Part shown: positions 26,778 to 35,196 of the stretch, in pieces
How the letters are laid out: every line of letters begins with the position of its first letter
How positions within the stretch are numbered: position 1 is the first letter of the stretch
Origin: a virus
Taxonomy: Duplodnaviria > Caudoviricetes
Length of the DNA stretch: 38,871 bases
Strand: one strand, 5' to 3'
IMG/VR virus record: IMGVR_UViG_3300037047_000112
Location: 1-38,871 of that record
Translations under genes and position numbers: made by a program
Notes under the pieces: generated by a model
The model's input: the letters and a program-made list of their open reading frames with translations, nothing else
What the model was told of the DNA's origin: nothing
Database searches by the model: none

Positions 26778-26822
26778 GGGAGCAATCTGGAACTCAGGAA
26801 GGCAGGAAGAGACGGGAGCGTT

Positions 26823-26851
26823 TGAAAAGCGCACGCGGCGTGCGCTTTTCA
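26823..26851. repeat. 29-bp palindrome, copy 1: TGAAAAGCGCACGC-G-GCGTGCGCTTTTCA
   Basis: Perfect 14-bp arms around one central base. Confidence 0.92.
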
Positions 26852-27118
26852 GAATTGGGATTCGTAGGCGAGCTTGCGGGCTTCGGCGAAGCCATCCTTG
26901 GTGATGGTCCAGACGTTGCCGCGGAGGGAGTCCACGCGGCGGACGGCAAGGCCGTCGTCGCGCAGCTTGGCGAGGGCGGCGGCGACCTCGGCGGCGGTGG
27001 CGGTCGGGGAGACCGCGATCTGGAAGTCCGTGACGAGCTGTAGCTCGCGGGCTTCGATGCCCTGGTACTGGTGCAGGATGCCGAGCAGCTTCTGGGCGTA
27101 GAGTTCGGGCTTGCTCAC
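26849..27118 (-). CDS. Small winged-helix protein (Mu gp26-like, 89 aa)
   Basis: GTG 27118 overlapping the upstream stop; EVAAALAKLRDDGLA...WTITKDG. Confidence 0.65.
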   Translation of the reverse strand: MSKPELYAQKLLGILHQYQGIEARELQLVTDFQIAVSPTATAAEVAAALAKLRDDGLAVRRVDSLRGNVWTITKDGFAEARKLAYESQF

Positions 27119-27831
27119 AGGTCCTCCCCGGTTTCGGCCAGCATCGCGGCGGGGGCCTTGCCCTGCCCGATCAAGACGCCGAGGAGCTTGCCCACGGCGC
27201 GGTTGGTGCGTTGCGATTCGCGGAACAAGGTGTCGATGCGGGCGTGGGTGCCGCGCGTGCGGTCCTCGTCCTTGGAGTCGAGCGCGGCGAGTTGGATGCG
27301 GATCGCCTCCGAGTCCTTGCGGCAAATGCCCTGGCACTGGACGAACTCCTCGCGGCGGACGTAGTCGCGGTAGAGCTCCTCCTGGACGGGGGGCTTGCGC
27401 GTGCCGTGGTCCTTGATCTTGAGCCACGCGAGGATCGCGGCCCCGGCCGCGGCCGCCCCGACGAGCCACTGCGAACCTGCGTCCGTGACCTGGGTGGCGG
27501 GCGCCTGGGCGGCCTCGGCGGCGAAGGCGGCTGCGGGCGAGGCGAAGACCGCGGCGACGGCGGCGGCGAAAAGCGCACGCGGCGTGCGCTTTTCGTTTTC
27601 CGTAGCGTCGCCCGCCCAGGACGGCGCGCGGGGAGGGACATCCCGGAGCGCCGGAGCCTGGGCGGGGTGGACGTGCCCGGCGGTGCAACCAGCAATGTCC
27701 GCCGGGCGCTTCACACTCGCGTTTTGCGGTATATCGACGGAAAACGGGGCGGACGCGGGGGCGGTCCCCGCGCCGCGGCGGCATGCGTTACATGGCGGTT
27801 GACTCCTGGTTTCCGGTGATCCGTTCGTCAT
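27115..27831 (-). CDS. First late gene, membrane protein with Mu gp25/DUF2730-like C-terminus; start uncertain
   Basis: Hydrophobic segments, then DYVRREEF...HARIDTL...VGKLLG; ATG 27831 lies 7 nt after a CATAGT -10-like box. Confidence 0.55.
   Translation of the reverse strand: MTNGSPETRSQPPCNACRRGAGTAPASAPFSVDIPQNASVKRPADIAGCTAGHVHPAQAPALRDVPPRAPSWAGDATENEKRTPRALFAAAVAAVFASPAAAFAAEAAQAPATQVTDAGSQWLVGAAAAGAAILAWLKIKDHGTRKPPVQEELYRDYVRREEFVQCQGICRKDSEAIRIQLAALDSKDEDRTRGTHARIDTLFRESQRTNRAVGKLLGVLIGQGKAPAAMLAETGEDL
27567..27595. repeat. 29-bp palindrome, copy 2: CGAAAAGCGCACGC-G-GCGTGCGCTTTTCG
   Basis: Perfect arms; lies inside the ORF (KRTPRALF). Confidence 0.92.
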
Positions 27832-27920
27832 GCCGGGCACTATGCGGCATACGTCTCTGGCGCGCGCGCGCGCGTGCCGGATGTGCAAAGTATTTCGGAT
27901 TGCGGGATTGCGGGATTGCG
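27832..27920 (-). promoter_or_regulatory. Putative activator-dependent late promoter
   Basis: Minus strand: (CGCAATCC)3, GCACATCCG-GCACGC direct repeat, (CG)7 run, -10 CATAGT at 27844-27839; no consensus -35. Confidence 0.5.
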
Positions 27921-27926
27921 AAACCG

Positions 27927-27951
27927 AAAAGCGCACGCGGTGTGCGCTTTT
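27927..27951. repeat. Palindrome, copy 3: AAAAGCGCACGC-G-GTGTGCGCTTTT
   Basis: One mismatch to the 25-bp core; may also terminate the repressor transcript. Confidence 0.9.
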
Positions 27952-27994
27952 GAAAAATTGACGGCATCGAAGTCAAGCAATTAAATCGCGCCGC

Positions 27995-28432
27995 TCATTT
28001 TTCGGGGCGCTTCGCGAGTTCGGCGGAGATGGCGGCGGATGCCTCCTCGCCGCTGCTTCCGGCGTTTCGCAACTGGACGTAGACCGCCGCGACGAGCGGT
28101 AGATCGTTCGCCGTGGGCGTGGCGAGGTGAACCCGGTTGACGTTTTCCAAAACCGACTGGATCGTCTCCTCGATCCCGTACTTGTCGCGTAGTATCTGAG
28201 ACGCCTTAACGGCCACGTCGGCCGCGTGCTGCTGCGTCGTGCCGTACCGCGTCGCCATCTGCTCCAGCAGCGCCGACACCCGCGTCTTGTCGATCTCTTT
28301 CCACAGGCGGCGGCCGGCGTCGATGCGCACGACCTGTTCCGCCAGCGACGGTAACTGTTCGTCCGAGCGGCACGGTGCGGACATCGCCACAAGCGCGGCG
28401 GCGGAAATCGCGAAGGCTGTTCGTGCGTTCAT
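27995..28432 (-). CDS. Exported or lipoprotein downstream of the repressor (145 aa)
   Basis: MNARTAFAISAAALVAMSAPC signal-like N-terminus; co-oriented 22 nt after the repressor. Confidence 0.65.
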   Translation of the reverse strand: MNARTAFAISAAALVAMSAPCRSDEQLPSLAEQVVRIDAGRRLWKEIDKTRVSALLEQMATRYGTTQQHAADVAVKASQILRDKYGIEETIQSVLENVNRVHLATPTANDLPLVAAVYVQLRNAGSSGEEASAAISAELAKRPEK

Positions 28433-28454
28433 GTTCCGGTTTTCTTTCGTTGCT

Positions 28455-28907
28455 TCATCCAGCGCGCGACTGCGCTCCACATTCCGATGATGAAGGCCCC
28501 GAAGCCGAGGCGTCGGGGTAGCGGCAGACGCCGCGCGAGAGCCTTTCGATGGTCGCGGCCTGCGATTCGACCGTCCGCGCCAAGCTGGCCACCTGTGCGC
28601 GGAGCGTCTCCAATTCCGAACGGGCCACAGGTTCGCCGGAGTACCTGCAGGCGGGATCGTTGGCCGCGCTGTCAACATCCGGCCCCGGTGTAGCGGCGGC
28701 CATGTCAGCACCCTGCCGCGAGATTGTAGCATGCACCGCCTTCCATTCCCGCAGGCGGCGGAGGAGGTCAGGCGTCGCGGAGCGCTGCCCGATCTCTAGC
28801 AGCGACACGTAATTACGTGATATTCCAAGGAAATCGGCCAGCTCCTGCTGCGTCACGCCAAGCTCCGCCCTTGCCTGCGAGAACGGCGTCGGACCGTGTT
28901 TGCGCAT
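28455..28907 (-). CDS. XRE-family HTH prophage repressor (150 aa)
   Basis: ARAELGVTQQELADFLGISRNYVSLLEIGQR; divergent from the Ner-like gene. Confidence 0.85.
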   Translation of the reverse strand: MRKHGPTPFSQARAELGVTQQELADFLGISRNYVSLLEIGQRSATPDLLRRLREWKAVHATISRQGADMAAATPGPDVDSAANDPACRYSGEPVARSELETLRAQVASLARTVESQAATIERLSRGVCRYPDASASGPSSSECGAQSRAG

Positions 28908-28922
28908 GTAGCAATTTCCTTG

Positions 28923-28951
28923 TTGACAGTGTAACGGTCTGCCGCTACATT
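28923..28951 (+). promoter_or_regulatory. Early promoter TTGACA-17-TACATT with overlapping operator-like dyad TGTAACGG-TCTG-CCGCTACA (28930-28949)
   Basis: Perfect -35, 17-nt spacer, near-consensus -10; the dyad has one mismatch. Confidence 0.75.
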
Positions 28952-28959
28952 ACGGCCCC

Positions 28960-29247
28960 ATGAAACACGGATTTTCTACGCGGGGCAAAAAAGAGAAGGC
29001 CGCACCGGACCGCAGGCTGGTGGGCATGGCGAGGGCCGCGCTGATCCTGCGCGGCACCACGCTGGCCGACTGGGCACGGGCCGAGGGCTACCTTCCGTCG
29101 ACGCTGCACAACGCGGTGTCGGGACGGCGCGCCGGGCTCCGCAGCCGGATGCTGCGGACGAAGCTGCTGCGGGAGTTGGGGATCGGCGATCCGTGCGTGC
29201 GCGCTCATGTGCGAGAGGCTACGCCCGGCACTTCGGCGCGTCAATAG
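28960..29247 (+). CDS. Ner/Cro-like DNA-binding protein (95 aa)
   Basis: ARAALILRGTTLADWARAEGY..STLHNAVSGRR; first early gene. Confidence 0.8.
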   Translation: MKHGFSTRGKKEKAAPDRRLVGMARAALILRGTTLADWARAEGYLPSTLHNAVSGRRAGLRSRMLRTKLLRELGIGDPCVRAHVREATPGTSARQ

Positions 29248-29291
29248 CGATTTTGCGCCGGGGCGGTTCCCGGCGCGCAACCAGGGGGACG

Positions 29292-29326
29292 AGATGAAGG
29301 ATGAAGGCAAAAGGCTGAAGGATGAA
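29292..29326. repeat. Five-unit heptamer array, consensus GGATGAA
   Basis: agatgaa ggatgaa ggcaaaa ggctgaa ggatgaa; supplies the ATG and N-terminus MKDEGKRLKDE. Confidence 0.85.
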
Positions 29327-29857
29327 CCGGCGAGCGTGCCGACCGCCGACGAGGCGTTCGCGCGGGAGTTCGCCGAGGCGGCTTGCTGGCGGGCGCAGGA
29401 TGTTCGCCAGGCGGCGAAGCGGCTGGCGGGCGCGGCGGCGGAGGCACAGTTCCGGGTGGACGCGAGCGACGGCATCGCCGGCGACGCGGAGGGGATCGCG
29501 CGGACCTCGCCGGCGGCGGCGCGGGAGCTGATCGACTCGTGGGGCGACCGCAAATACGGACGCGGGTGGATCGAGGGCTGCATCCTCGAAGGCGTCGTGG
29601 GAGACCGCGACGCAGACCTTGACGACGATGTCGATCTGGCGGTGTACGAGAGCGCCGCGACGGGCGCCTGGGCGGACGCCGAGCTGGTGGCCGCGCATTT
29701 CCGCGCCGAGTTCCCGGCCCCGGACTCCGAATCCGTCGACGCCGGGACGCTGGCGGACGTGCGCACGCTGGGGAACCTGCTGGAGGCCGCGCGCAAGATC
29801 GTCGATCGCCGCATCCGCGCCAACGCGGCGGCGGCGGGGAAGGCGGTGGGGGCATGA
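29294..29857 (+). CDS. Acidic early protein with degenerate acyl-carrier-protein-like C-terminal region (187 aa)
   Basis: GGGGGA RBS; ...ELVAAHFRAEF...DAGTLADVRTLGNLLEA resembles ACP helices II-IV. Confidence 0.5.
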   Translation: MKDEGKRLKDEPASVPTADEAFAREFAEAACWRAQDVRQAAKRLAGAAAEAQFRVDASDGIAGDAEGIARTSPAAARELIDSWGDRKYGRGWIEGCILEGVVGDRDADLDDDVDLAVYESAATGAWADAELVAAHFRAEFPAPDSESVDAGTLADVRTLGNLLEAARKIVDRRIRANAAAAGKAVGA

Positions 29858-30162
29858 GCGGAGCGCGCTACAGGATCAAGTGCGAGGCGACGGGGATGCT
29901 GGTCTCGCTGGACATGGTGATGGAGGACGGCACGCCGTCGTGGACGCGGCTGCCGCACGACGGGGACGCCTACCCGCACGACGTCGCAGAGGGCCTCGGG
30001 GAATGGTACGAGGAGGAGACCGGCAACGCCTACGAGCTCGAACGCGAGCCGCCGTTCGCGGAGTGCCCGTACTGCGGCGACCAGTACCCGCCCGAGGAAC
30101 GCCACGTGTGCCCGAAGCAAAACCGCAAGGAGGCCGCCCATGCCGCGCAAACGAACGGTTGA
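29854..30162 (+). CDS. Hypothetical protein with CPYC...HVC zinc motif (102 aa)
   Basis: ATGA coupling; metal-binding motif. Confidence 0.6.
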   Translation: MSGARYRIKCEATGMLVSLDMVMEDGTPSWTRLPHDGDAYPHDVAEGLGEWYEEETGNAYELEREPPFAECPYCGDQYPPEERHVCPKQNRKEAAHAAQTNG

Positions 30163-30469
30163 GCTGGACCCGGCGCTGGCGCCGCTGACGAAGGGCGAGA
30201 CGGCTGCGTACCAGGCGGCGCTGGAACGGACGCGCGGGGCGCACCAGGCGGCGGAGCGGATGCTCTCCGCCGCGGCGAGCCAGGCGCTGGAGCTGGTGGC
30301 GGCGCACGTCGACGACGCGCCGCAGGACGACCCCGACGCGGTCCGCGCATGGATGACCCTGCCGCGGACGGAGACCGGGTACGAGATCGCGCGGGCGCTG
30401 CTGGCCGTCGAGGGGCGCAAGGCGGAGGCCAACCGCATGGCCGCGCTGCGCCGCGGGGTCCGGGCGTGA
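30140..30469 (+). CDS. Hypothetical early protein (109 aa)
   Basis: AAGGAGG RBS; helical. Confidence 0.65.
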   Translation: MPRKRTVELDPALAPLTKGETAAYQAALERTRGAHQAAERMLSAAASQALELVAAHVDDAPQDDPDAVRAWMTLPRTETGYEIARALLAVEGRKAEANRMAALRRGVRA

Positions 30470-30987
30470 GCCGCCGGGCCGCCGAGCCGGTGTCGCGCCA
30501 CGCGGCGCTCGCGGACCTGCCGCTCTTCGCGGCAGGCGGCCGAGCCACGCTGGCGAACGATCCGCGGACGTACGGCGGCGCGGGATCGCCGCCCTCCCCG
30601 TGGACGGCGCCGGCGTGCGCGCCGGCCTCGGCGGCCCCCGACGACTTCGCCCGCGCGGTCCGCGTGCCGGACTACGACGTGTGCGCGGCGCGGCACGGCG
30701 GCAACCGCCAGAGCGACGCGGCCAACGAGCGCGGCCTGGCCAACCGGCAGGGGCAGAGGGACCGCGTGCTGGCGGCGATCCGAGCCGCCGGCAGCCACGG
30801 CCTGACCTGCAAGGAACTCGCGCGCCGGTCGACGCCGGCCGACGGGATCGCCGAGCGCTGGCGCGACGCCTGCCTCCGCGGGGACGACCGCGGCAAGGCC
30901 GCGCTGAAGGCCGAGGCCGCGCGCCTCGGGGTGGCCTGGGAACAGGTCCGCGCCGCCATCGAAGCCCTCAACGGAGGCAGGCCATGA
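30466..30987 (+). CDS. Hypothetical protein with partial HTH (173 aa)
   Basis: GTGA coupling; RDRVLAAIRAAGSHGLTCKELARR. Confidence 0.55.
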   Translation: MSRRAAEPVSRHAALADLPLFAAGGRATLANDPRTYGGAGSPPSPWTAPACAPASAAPDDFARAVRVPDYDVCAARHGGNRQSDAANERGLANRQGQRDRVLAAIRAAGSHGLTCKELARRSTPADGIAERWRDACLRGDDRGKAALKAEAARLGVAWEQVRAAIEALNGGRP

Positions 30988-31157
30988 CGTGCCCGGACGA
31001 ATTGCGCGAGGCCGCGCTGTGGGTGCTCGGGGAGGCGGAGCCGGGCATCGAGTACACGCTCGCCGAGCGCCTGTGGATGGGCGTCCGCAGGGCGCTGTGG
31101 CAGTTGGCCGTGGCACTGGCGCTGCTGGCCGCGGCGGACAAACTGGGCCTGGTCTAG
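30984..31157 (+). CDS. Small hypothetical membrane protein (57 aa)
   Basis: GGAGG RBS, ATGA coupling, hydrophobic C-terminus. Confidence 0.55.
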   Translation: MTCPDELREAALWVLGEAEPGIEYTLAERLWMGVRRALWQLAVALALLAAADKLGLV

Positions 31158-31175
31158 CAACCGCGGAGGGACGCC

Positions 31176-31274
31176 ATGGACGAGAACGAAGGCTCCGTGC
31201 CGGCGGCGGCGATCCTGGTCTGCGCGGCGATCCTCGCGGCGCTCGCGGCCGCGTGGCTGATGTCGATCCTGTAG
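31176..31274 (+). CDS. Small single-TM protein (32 aa)
   Basis: GGAGG RBS; MDENEGSVPAAAILVCAAILAALAAAWLMSIL. Confidence 0.5.
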   Translation: MDENEGSVPAAAILVCAAILAALAAAWLMSIL

Positions 31275-31288
31275 GCGGGGGGAACGCG

Positions 31289-31663
31289 ATGCCGAACAAC
31301 CACAACCAGCAACCGCCGCTCTTCCCCGAATGGGAACGCGCCCAGGCGCAGGCCCGGCAGGCGCCGGGCGACGGCGCCGCGGCCGCGCCCTGCATCCTGC
31401 CCCTGCCGCCGAAGCCCACCTGCACGCCCGACGAGGCCGCGCGCACGACCGGCCTCGCCAGCGTGCGCCAGTTCCGCAACTGGGTGGAGGACGGCACGCT
31501 GCTGGCCGTCGACGCCGCGCGCCACGCCGTGAGCGGGAAGTCCATCCGCGCCTCGTGGCGCATCGTGGTCCGGCGTTCGCCGGCCTTCGACCTGCCCGAA
31601 CACAAGCATTTCCTGACGCTCGACGAGCTGATCCGCCGGGCGTCCAACCTGGAGAAAGCATGA
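31289..31663 (+). CDS. Excisionase/HTH_17-like DNA-binding protein (124 aa)
   Basis: CTPDEAARTTGLASVRQFRNWVEDGTL.A...SWRI. Confidence 0.7.
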   Translation: MPNNHNQQPPLFPEWERAQAQARQAPGDGAAAAPCILPLPPKPTCTPDEAARTTGLASVRQFRNWVEDGTLLAVDAARHAVSGKSIRASWRIVVRRSPAFDLPEHKHFLTLDELIRRASNLEKA

Positions 31664-32037
31664 TTCCGCAACCACAACCCACGACGCAACCCATGCCGGC
31701 GCACCCGCCGGTGACGCGGCCCGACGGGGCCGCGACGACGCTCTGCAAGGCCGCCCTCCAGGCGACCGCGCGGGCGCTCCACACGGCGCAGATCGCCGCG
31801 GACCTGATCGCGCGGCACGGCGGGGACCCCTCGACGGGCGGCGCGATGACGGCGATGCGCGACAAGCTGCTCGACGCCTACCGCTGCCTGCCGGAGCCGA
31901 TGCGCAAGGCGATCTTCGACTGCAAGTGCGAAGTCTCCTCCGACGAGCTACTCGAACTCCTTTCCCTCGTGGTGCGCGGAGAAAACCCGCGCGCCCACGC
32001 AACCACAACCCAGAACCACACCAGCAAGGAACCCTGA
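31660..32037 (+). CDS. Hypothetical early protein (125 aa)
   Basis: GGAG RBS, ATGA coupling. Confidence 0.55.
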   Translation: MIPQPQPTTQPMPAHPPVTRPDGAATTLCKAALQATARALHTAQIAADLIARHGGDPSTGGAMTAMRDKLLDAYRCLPEPMRKAIFDCKCEVSSDELLELLSLVVRGENPRAHATTTQNHTSKEP

Positions 32038-32040
32038 GCC

Positions 32041-33069
32041 ATGCCCAAGAAGCAATCCAAGGCACCCGCCACGAAGCCCGCGAAGGAGACCGCAGAGCCG
32101 ATGAAGCTGTTCACAAAACCGAACGAAGACTGCGCCAACCTGCAGGCGGACGGGAAGTGCGGGAACATCGACAGCGTCCACCGCTACAGCCCGTGCCGCG
32201 GCGAGGGATGCCCGCAAACCATCCCGTTCGACACCGGCGACGAGCCGAAGCACCGCCGCCCGCGGGCGGTCGAGCCGGAGGTGATGCCGGCGGGGACCAC
32301 GGCGGTCTCGATCCTCCGTCGGGCCGAGAACGCCAACAGCTTGGAGCGCATCGAGGAGAGCATCCAGCGCGACATCGTGCTGTCGGGGCGGCTGGACAAG
32401 GCCGGGGCCATGGTCGGCGTGAAGATCGGCCTCGCGCTGCAGGCCGGCAAGGCGCTGCTGCGGCACGGCGAGTACGAGCCCTGGGTGGCGGCGCGGTTCG
32501 GGGAACAGTTCGGGACGCGCAAGGCGCAGTATTTTTCCAAGCTGGCGGTCGTGTTCCTGCGGACCGAGCGCTCGGCGGTCCTGCAGCTCCCGCCCCCGGA
32601 GGAGACCGGCAAGTGGCTGGCCATCGCCGACGAGGTGCACCCGCTGACGCAGGCCGTGGCGGAGTTCGTGGGAGACAAGACCATCGCCGAGCTGCTCGAC
32701 GAGCACGGCGTGCGCCCCGTCCGCGCCAAGAAGGGCGGCTGGCGCCCGGCGCAGTGGCTGGTCTCGCAGTACCAGGACCTGCACGCCGAGCTGCGCAACC
32801 TCGACTTCGAGGTCTGGACGCCCGCGCAGAAGGAGGCGTTCAAGCTCTGGCAGGAGAACCAGACGGCGGAAGACGACGCGGCCCCCCGGCGCATGGCGGC
32901 GGAGGCCACGTGGGAGACGCTGCGCGCGACGCTGGCCGACCACGGCATCGGGCGCAAGACGTGGAAGTTGCTGACGACCGACGCGCTGGCCTCGCTGCAC
33001 GACGTGCTGTCGGGCGTGGCGCGCGACATCGGCAAGGCCCTGAAGCACCCCGAAACGCTGGAGGCGTAA
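32041..33069 (+). CDS. DUF3102-domain protein (342 aa)
   Basis: KIGLALQAGKALLRHGEYEPWV...FGTRKAQYFSKLA. Confidence 0.75.
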   Translation: MPKKQSKAPATKPAKETAEPMKLFTKPNEDCANLQADGKCGNIDSVHRYSPCRGEGCPQTIPFDTGDEPKHRRPRAVEPEVMPAGTTAVSILRRAENANSLERIEESIQRDIVLSGRLDKAGAMVGVKIGLALQAGKALLRHGEYEPWVAARFGEQFGTRKAQYFSKLAVVFLRTERSAVLQLPPPEETGKWLAIADEVHPLTQAVAEFVGDKTIAELLDEHGVRPVRAKKGGWRPAQWLVSQYQDLHAELRNLDFEVWTPAQKEAFKLWQENQTAEDDAAPRRMAAEATWETLRATLADHGIGRKTWKLLTTDALASLHDVLSGVARDIGKALKHPETLEA

Positions 33070-33070
33070 C

Positions 33071-35149
33071 ATGGGAGCGGCCGTACAGATCCGGGCGGGC
33101 ATCCCCGCCCACGACGCGGCGACCTTCGCCGCGCTGCCCGACGGAGTGAAGTGGGACGTGCTCGACCTGCTCGACACGTGCCGCGAGGCGTCGCGGGCTC
33201 CGCGCCCGCGCGCCTACCTGGCCGAGGTGGCGGCCCGCAAGGGCCACCTCCGCGGATGGAGCTTCAAGAGCCTGGAGCGGAAGTTCTACAGGCTCTTGGA
33301 CACGCGCGACTGGAAGGAGCTGATCGACGGCGCGAAGACGCCCGGCAACGGCAAGAGCGAGTTCATCACGCCCGCCGTGGCCGAGGCCTGGAAGGGCTAC
33401 TGCGACCGGCATCCGCGCTCGTACAAGTCGGCGTGGATCGAGATGGCGGCGGACTACCGCTCTGGCGCGATGGTCGGCGACGTGGACTGGCGCCGGTTCT
33501 GGGCGGCCGACGACCGCCTCAAGGACCAGCCCATGCCCTCGCGCTGCCCGCCCGGCATGCCGCTGCCCGACGGCTGGAGCTACCACAACCTGATGCGGCA
33601 CCAACCGAAGCAGATCGAACAGGACGCGGCCCGCCTGGGCCGGCACGCGGCGCGCAAGCTCGCGCCGCGCGTCCTGACGACGCGCTCGGAGCTGCCCGTC
33701 GGCGCGCAGTACGAGTTCGACGACATGTGGCACAACTGCGTGGTGGTCTATCCGGGACAGGCGAAGGCCGTGCGGCCGCTGGAGCTGGCCTGCCTCGACA
33801 TCAGCAGCGGCCACAAGGTCGCGTTCGGGCTCAAGCCGCGGACGGAGGACGCGGACGGCAAGCGCCGCAACCTGACCGAGGCCGACATGCGGTTCCTGGT
33901 CGCGCACGTCCTGATCAACGTCGGCTTCCACCGCGACGGCTGCCTGCTGCTCGCGGAGGGCGGCACGGCGGCGATCAAGGAGCGGCTGAAGAAGGTCCTG
34001 CACGAAGTCAGCGGCGGGCTGATCCGCGTGAGCACCAGCGGCGTCGACCGCGTCGTGCCGCTCGGCAAGTGGGGCTACGACCCGAAGGGCAACCCCGACC
34101 ACAAGAGCCACCTGGAGAGCCACCACAACCTCGCGCAGAACCGGCTCGACAACCTGCCCGGCTACCTGGGCAGCAACTCGCGCCTGGACAAGCCGGAGGA
34201 CAGCGACGCCCTGGTCAAGGTCGTCGACAAGATGCTGGCCGCGCAGGTGGTGCTGCCGCCCGAGCTGGCGCGCAAGCTCGTGTTCCCGGTGCTGGACTGG
34301 CAGACCTTCAGCGCCGTGGTCCACGAGGTGTACGCGCAGATCGGCGCGAGCAACGACCACCGGCTGGAAGGCTGGCAGGGCCGCACCGAGCGCCAGTGGA
34401 AGGCGCACCCGGCCGACCTGTGGCACAGCGAGCGCGACTTCGAGTTCCTTCCGCAGGAGGCGCGCAACGCCCTTGCGCCGATCCTGCAACAGCCCGGCAT
34501 GACGCGCGTCGCGCCGCTCTCGCGCCGCCAGGTGTGGGAAGCGGGCCAGGCCGACCTCGTGCGCCTGCCCGACTGGACGGTCACGCTGATCTGCGGGCAG
34601 GACCTCGCCAAGCCGCGGCCCTGCCCGGAGTGCGCGGAGATCGTCTTCGAGGACGCGGAGTCCGGCGGCGAGCTGGTCTACAAGCTCGACCGGTGCGTCG
34701 GCGTGGACGGCGCGCCCGTCGCGCTCAAGGAAGGCGAGCCCTACCTGTGGCTCGTCAACCCGTTCGACCCTCGCGCGGTGTTCGTGACGGACACGTGGGG
34801 CCGCTACGTGGGCCGCTGCCCGCGCTACGACCGCATCGACCGCGCCGACCTCGCCGCCATCGGCCTGCAGGTCGGCCACGCCCGCAAGGCGCTCGACGCC
34901 GCCCTGGCGCCGCTCGCGCGCCGCGGCCGGGAAGCCGCCCGCAACCAGCTCTCCGCGATGGAGCGCAACGCGGAGACCCTCGGCGCCGGGCGCGCCGCGC
35001 TCGACGCCGGCGCCGCCGCGGAGAAGGCCGTCTCCGAGGAGCGCCGCGACGCGACGCGCGGAGTCTCGCTCTCCGACCTCGCCGACTCGATCTCCGTCGA
35101 CGCCGACATCGCGGAAGGGGCCGCCGCGACCATCGACGACCTGATGTGA
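33071..35149 (+). CDS. Mu-like DDE transposase (692 aa)
   Basis: YEFDDMWHN, LACLDISSG, AEGGTA, GNPDHKSHLESHHN; directly upstream of an AAA ATPase. Confidence 0.88.
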   Translation: MGAAVQIRAGIPAHDAATFAALPDGVKWDVLDLLDTCREASRAPRPRAYLAEVAARKGHLRGWSFKSLERKFYRLLDTRDWKELIDGAKTPGNGKSEFITPAVAEAWKGYCDRHPRSYKSAWIEMAADYRSGAMVGDVDWRRFWAADDRLKDQPMPSRCPPGMPLPDGWSYHNLMRHQPKQIEQDAARLGRHAARKLAPRVLTTRSELPVGAQYEFDDMWHNCVVVYPGQAKAVRPLELACLDISSGHKVAFGLKPRTEDADGKRRNLTEADMRFLVAHVLINVGFHRDGCLLLAEGGTAAIKERLKKVLHEVSGGLIRVSTSGVDRVVPLGKWGYDPKGNPDHKSHLESHHNLAQNRLDNLPGYLGSNSRLDKPEDSDALVKVVDKMLAAQVVLPPELARKLVFPVLDWQTFSAVVHEVYAQIGASNDHRLEGWQGRTERQWKAHPADLWHSERDFEFLPQEARNALAPILQQPGMTRVAPLSRRQVWEAGQADLVRLPDWTVTLICGQDLAKPRPCPECAEIVFEDAESGGELVYKLDRCVGVDGAPVALKEGEPYLWLVNPFDPRAVFVTDTWGRYVGRCPRYDRIDRADLAAIGLQVGHARKALDAALAPLARRGREAARNQLSAMERNAETLGAGRAALDAGAAAEKAVSEERRDATRGVSLSDLADSISVDADIAEGAAATIDDLM

Positions 35150-35173
35150 CCAGCAACCAACCAGCAACCAGCA
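35149..35173. repeat. ACCAGCA heptamer array (3 units plus a partial)
   Basis: accagca acca accagca accagca, starting at the transposase stop. Confidence 0.7.
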
Positions 35174-35196
35174 CGAAGAAGAAGAGGGACAACACC

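Noticed and set aside
32561-32581. Palindrome CCGAGCGCTCGG inside the DUF3102 gene
   Set aside because: Short, GC-rich, single copy and unrelated to the late-region palindromes.
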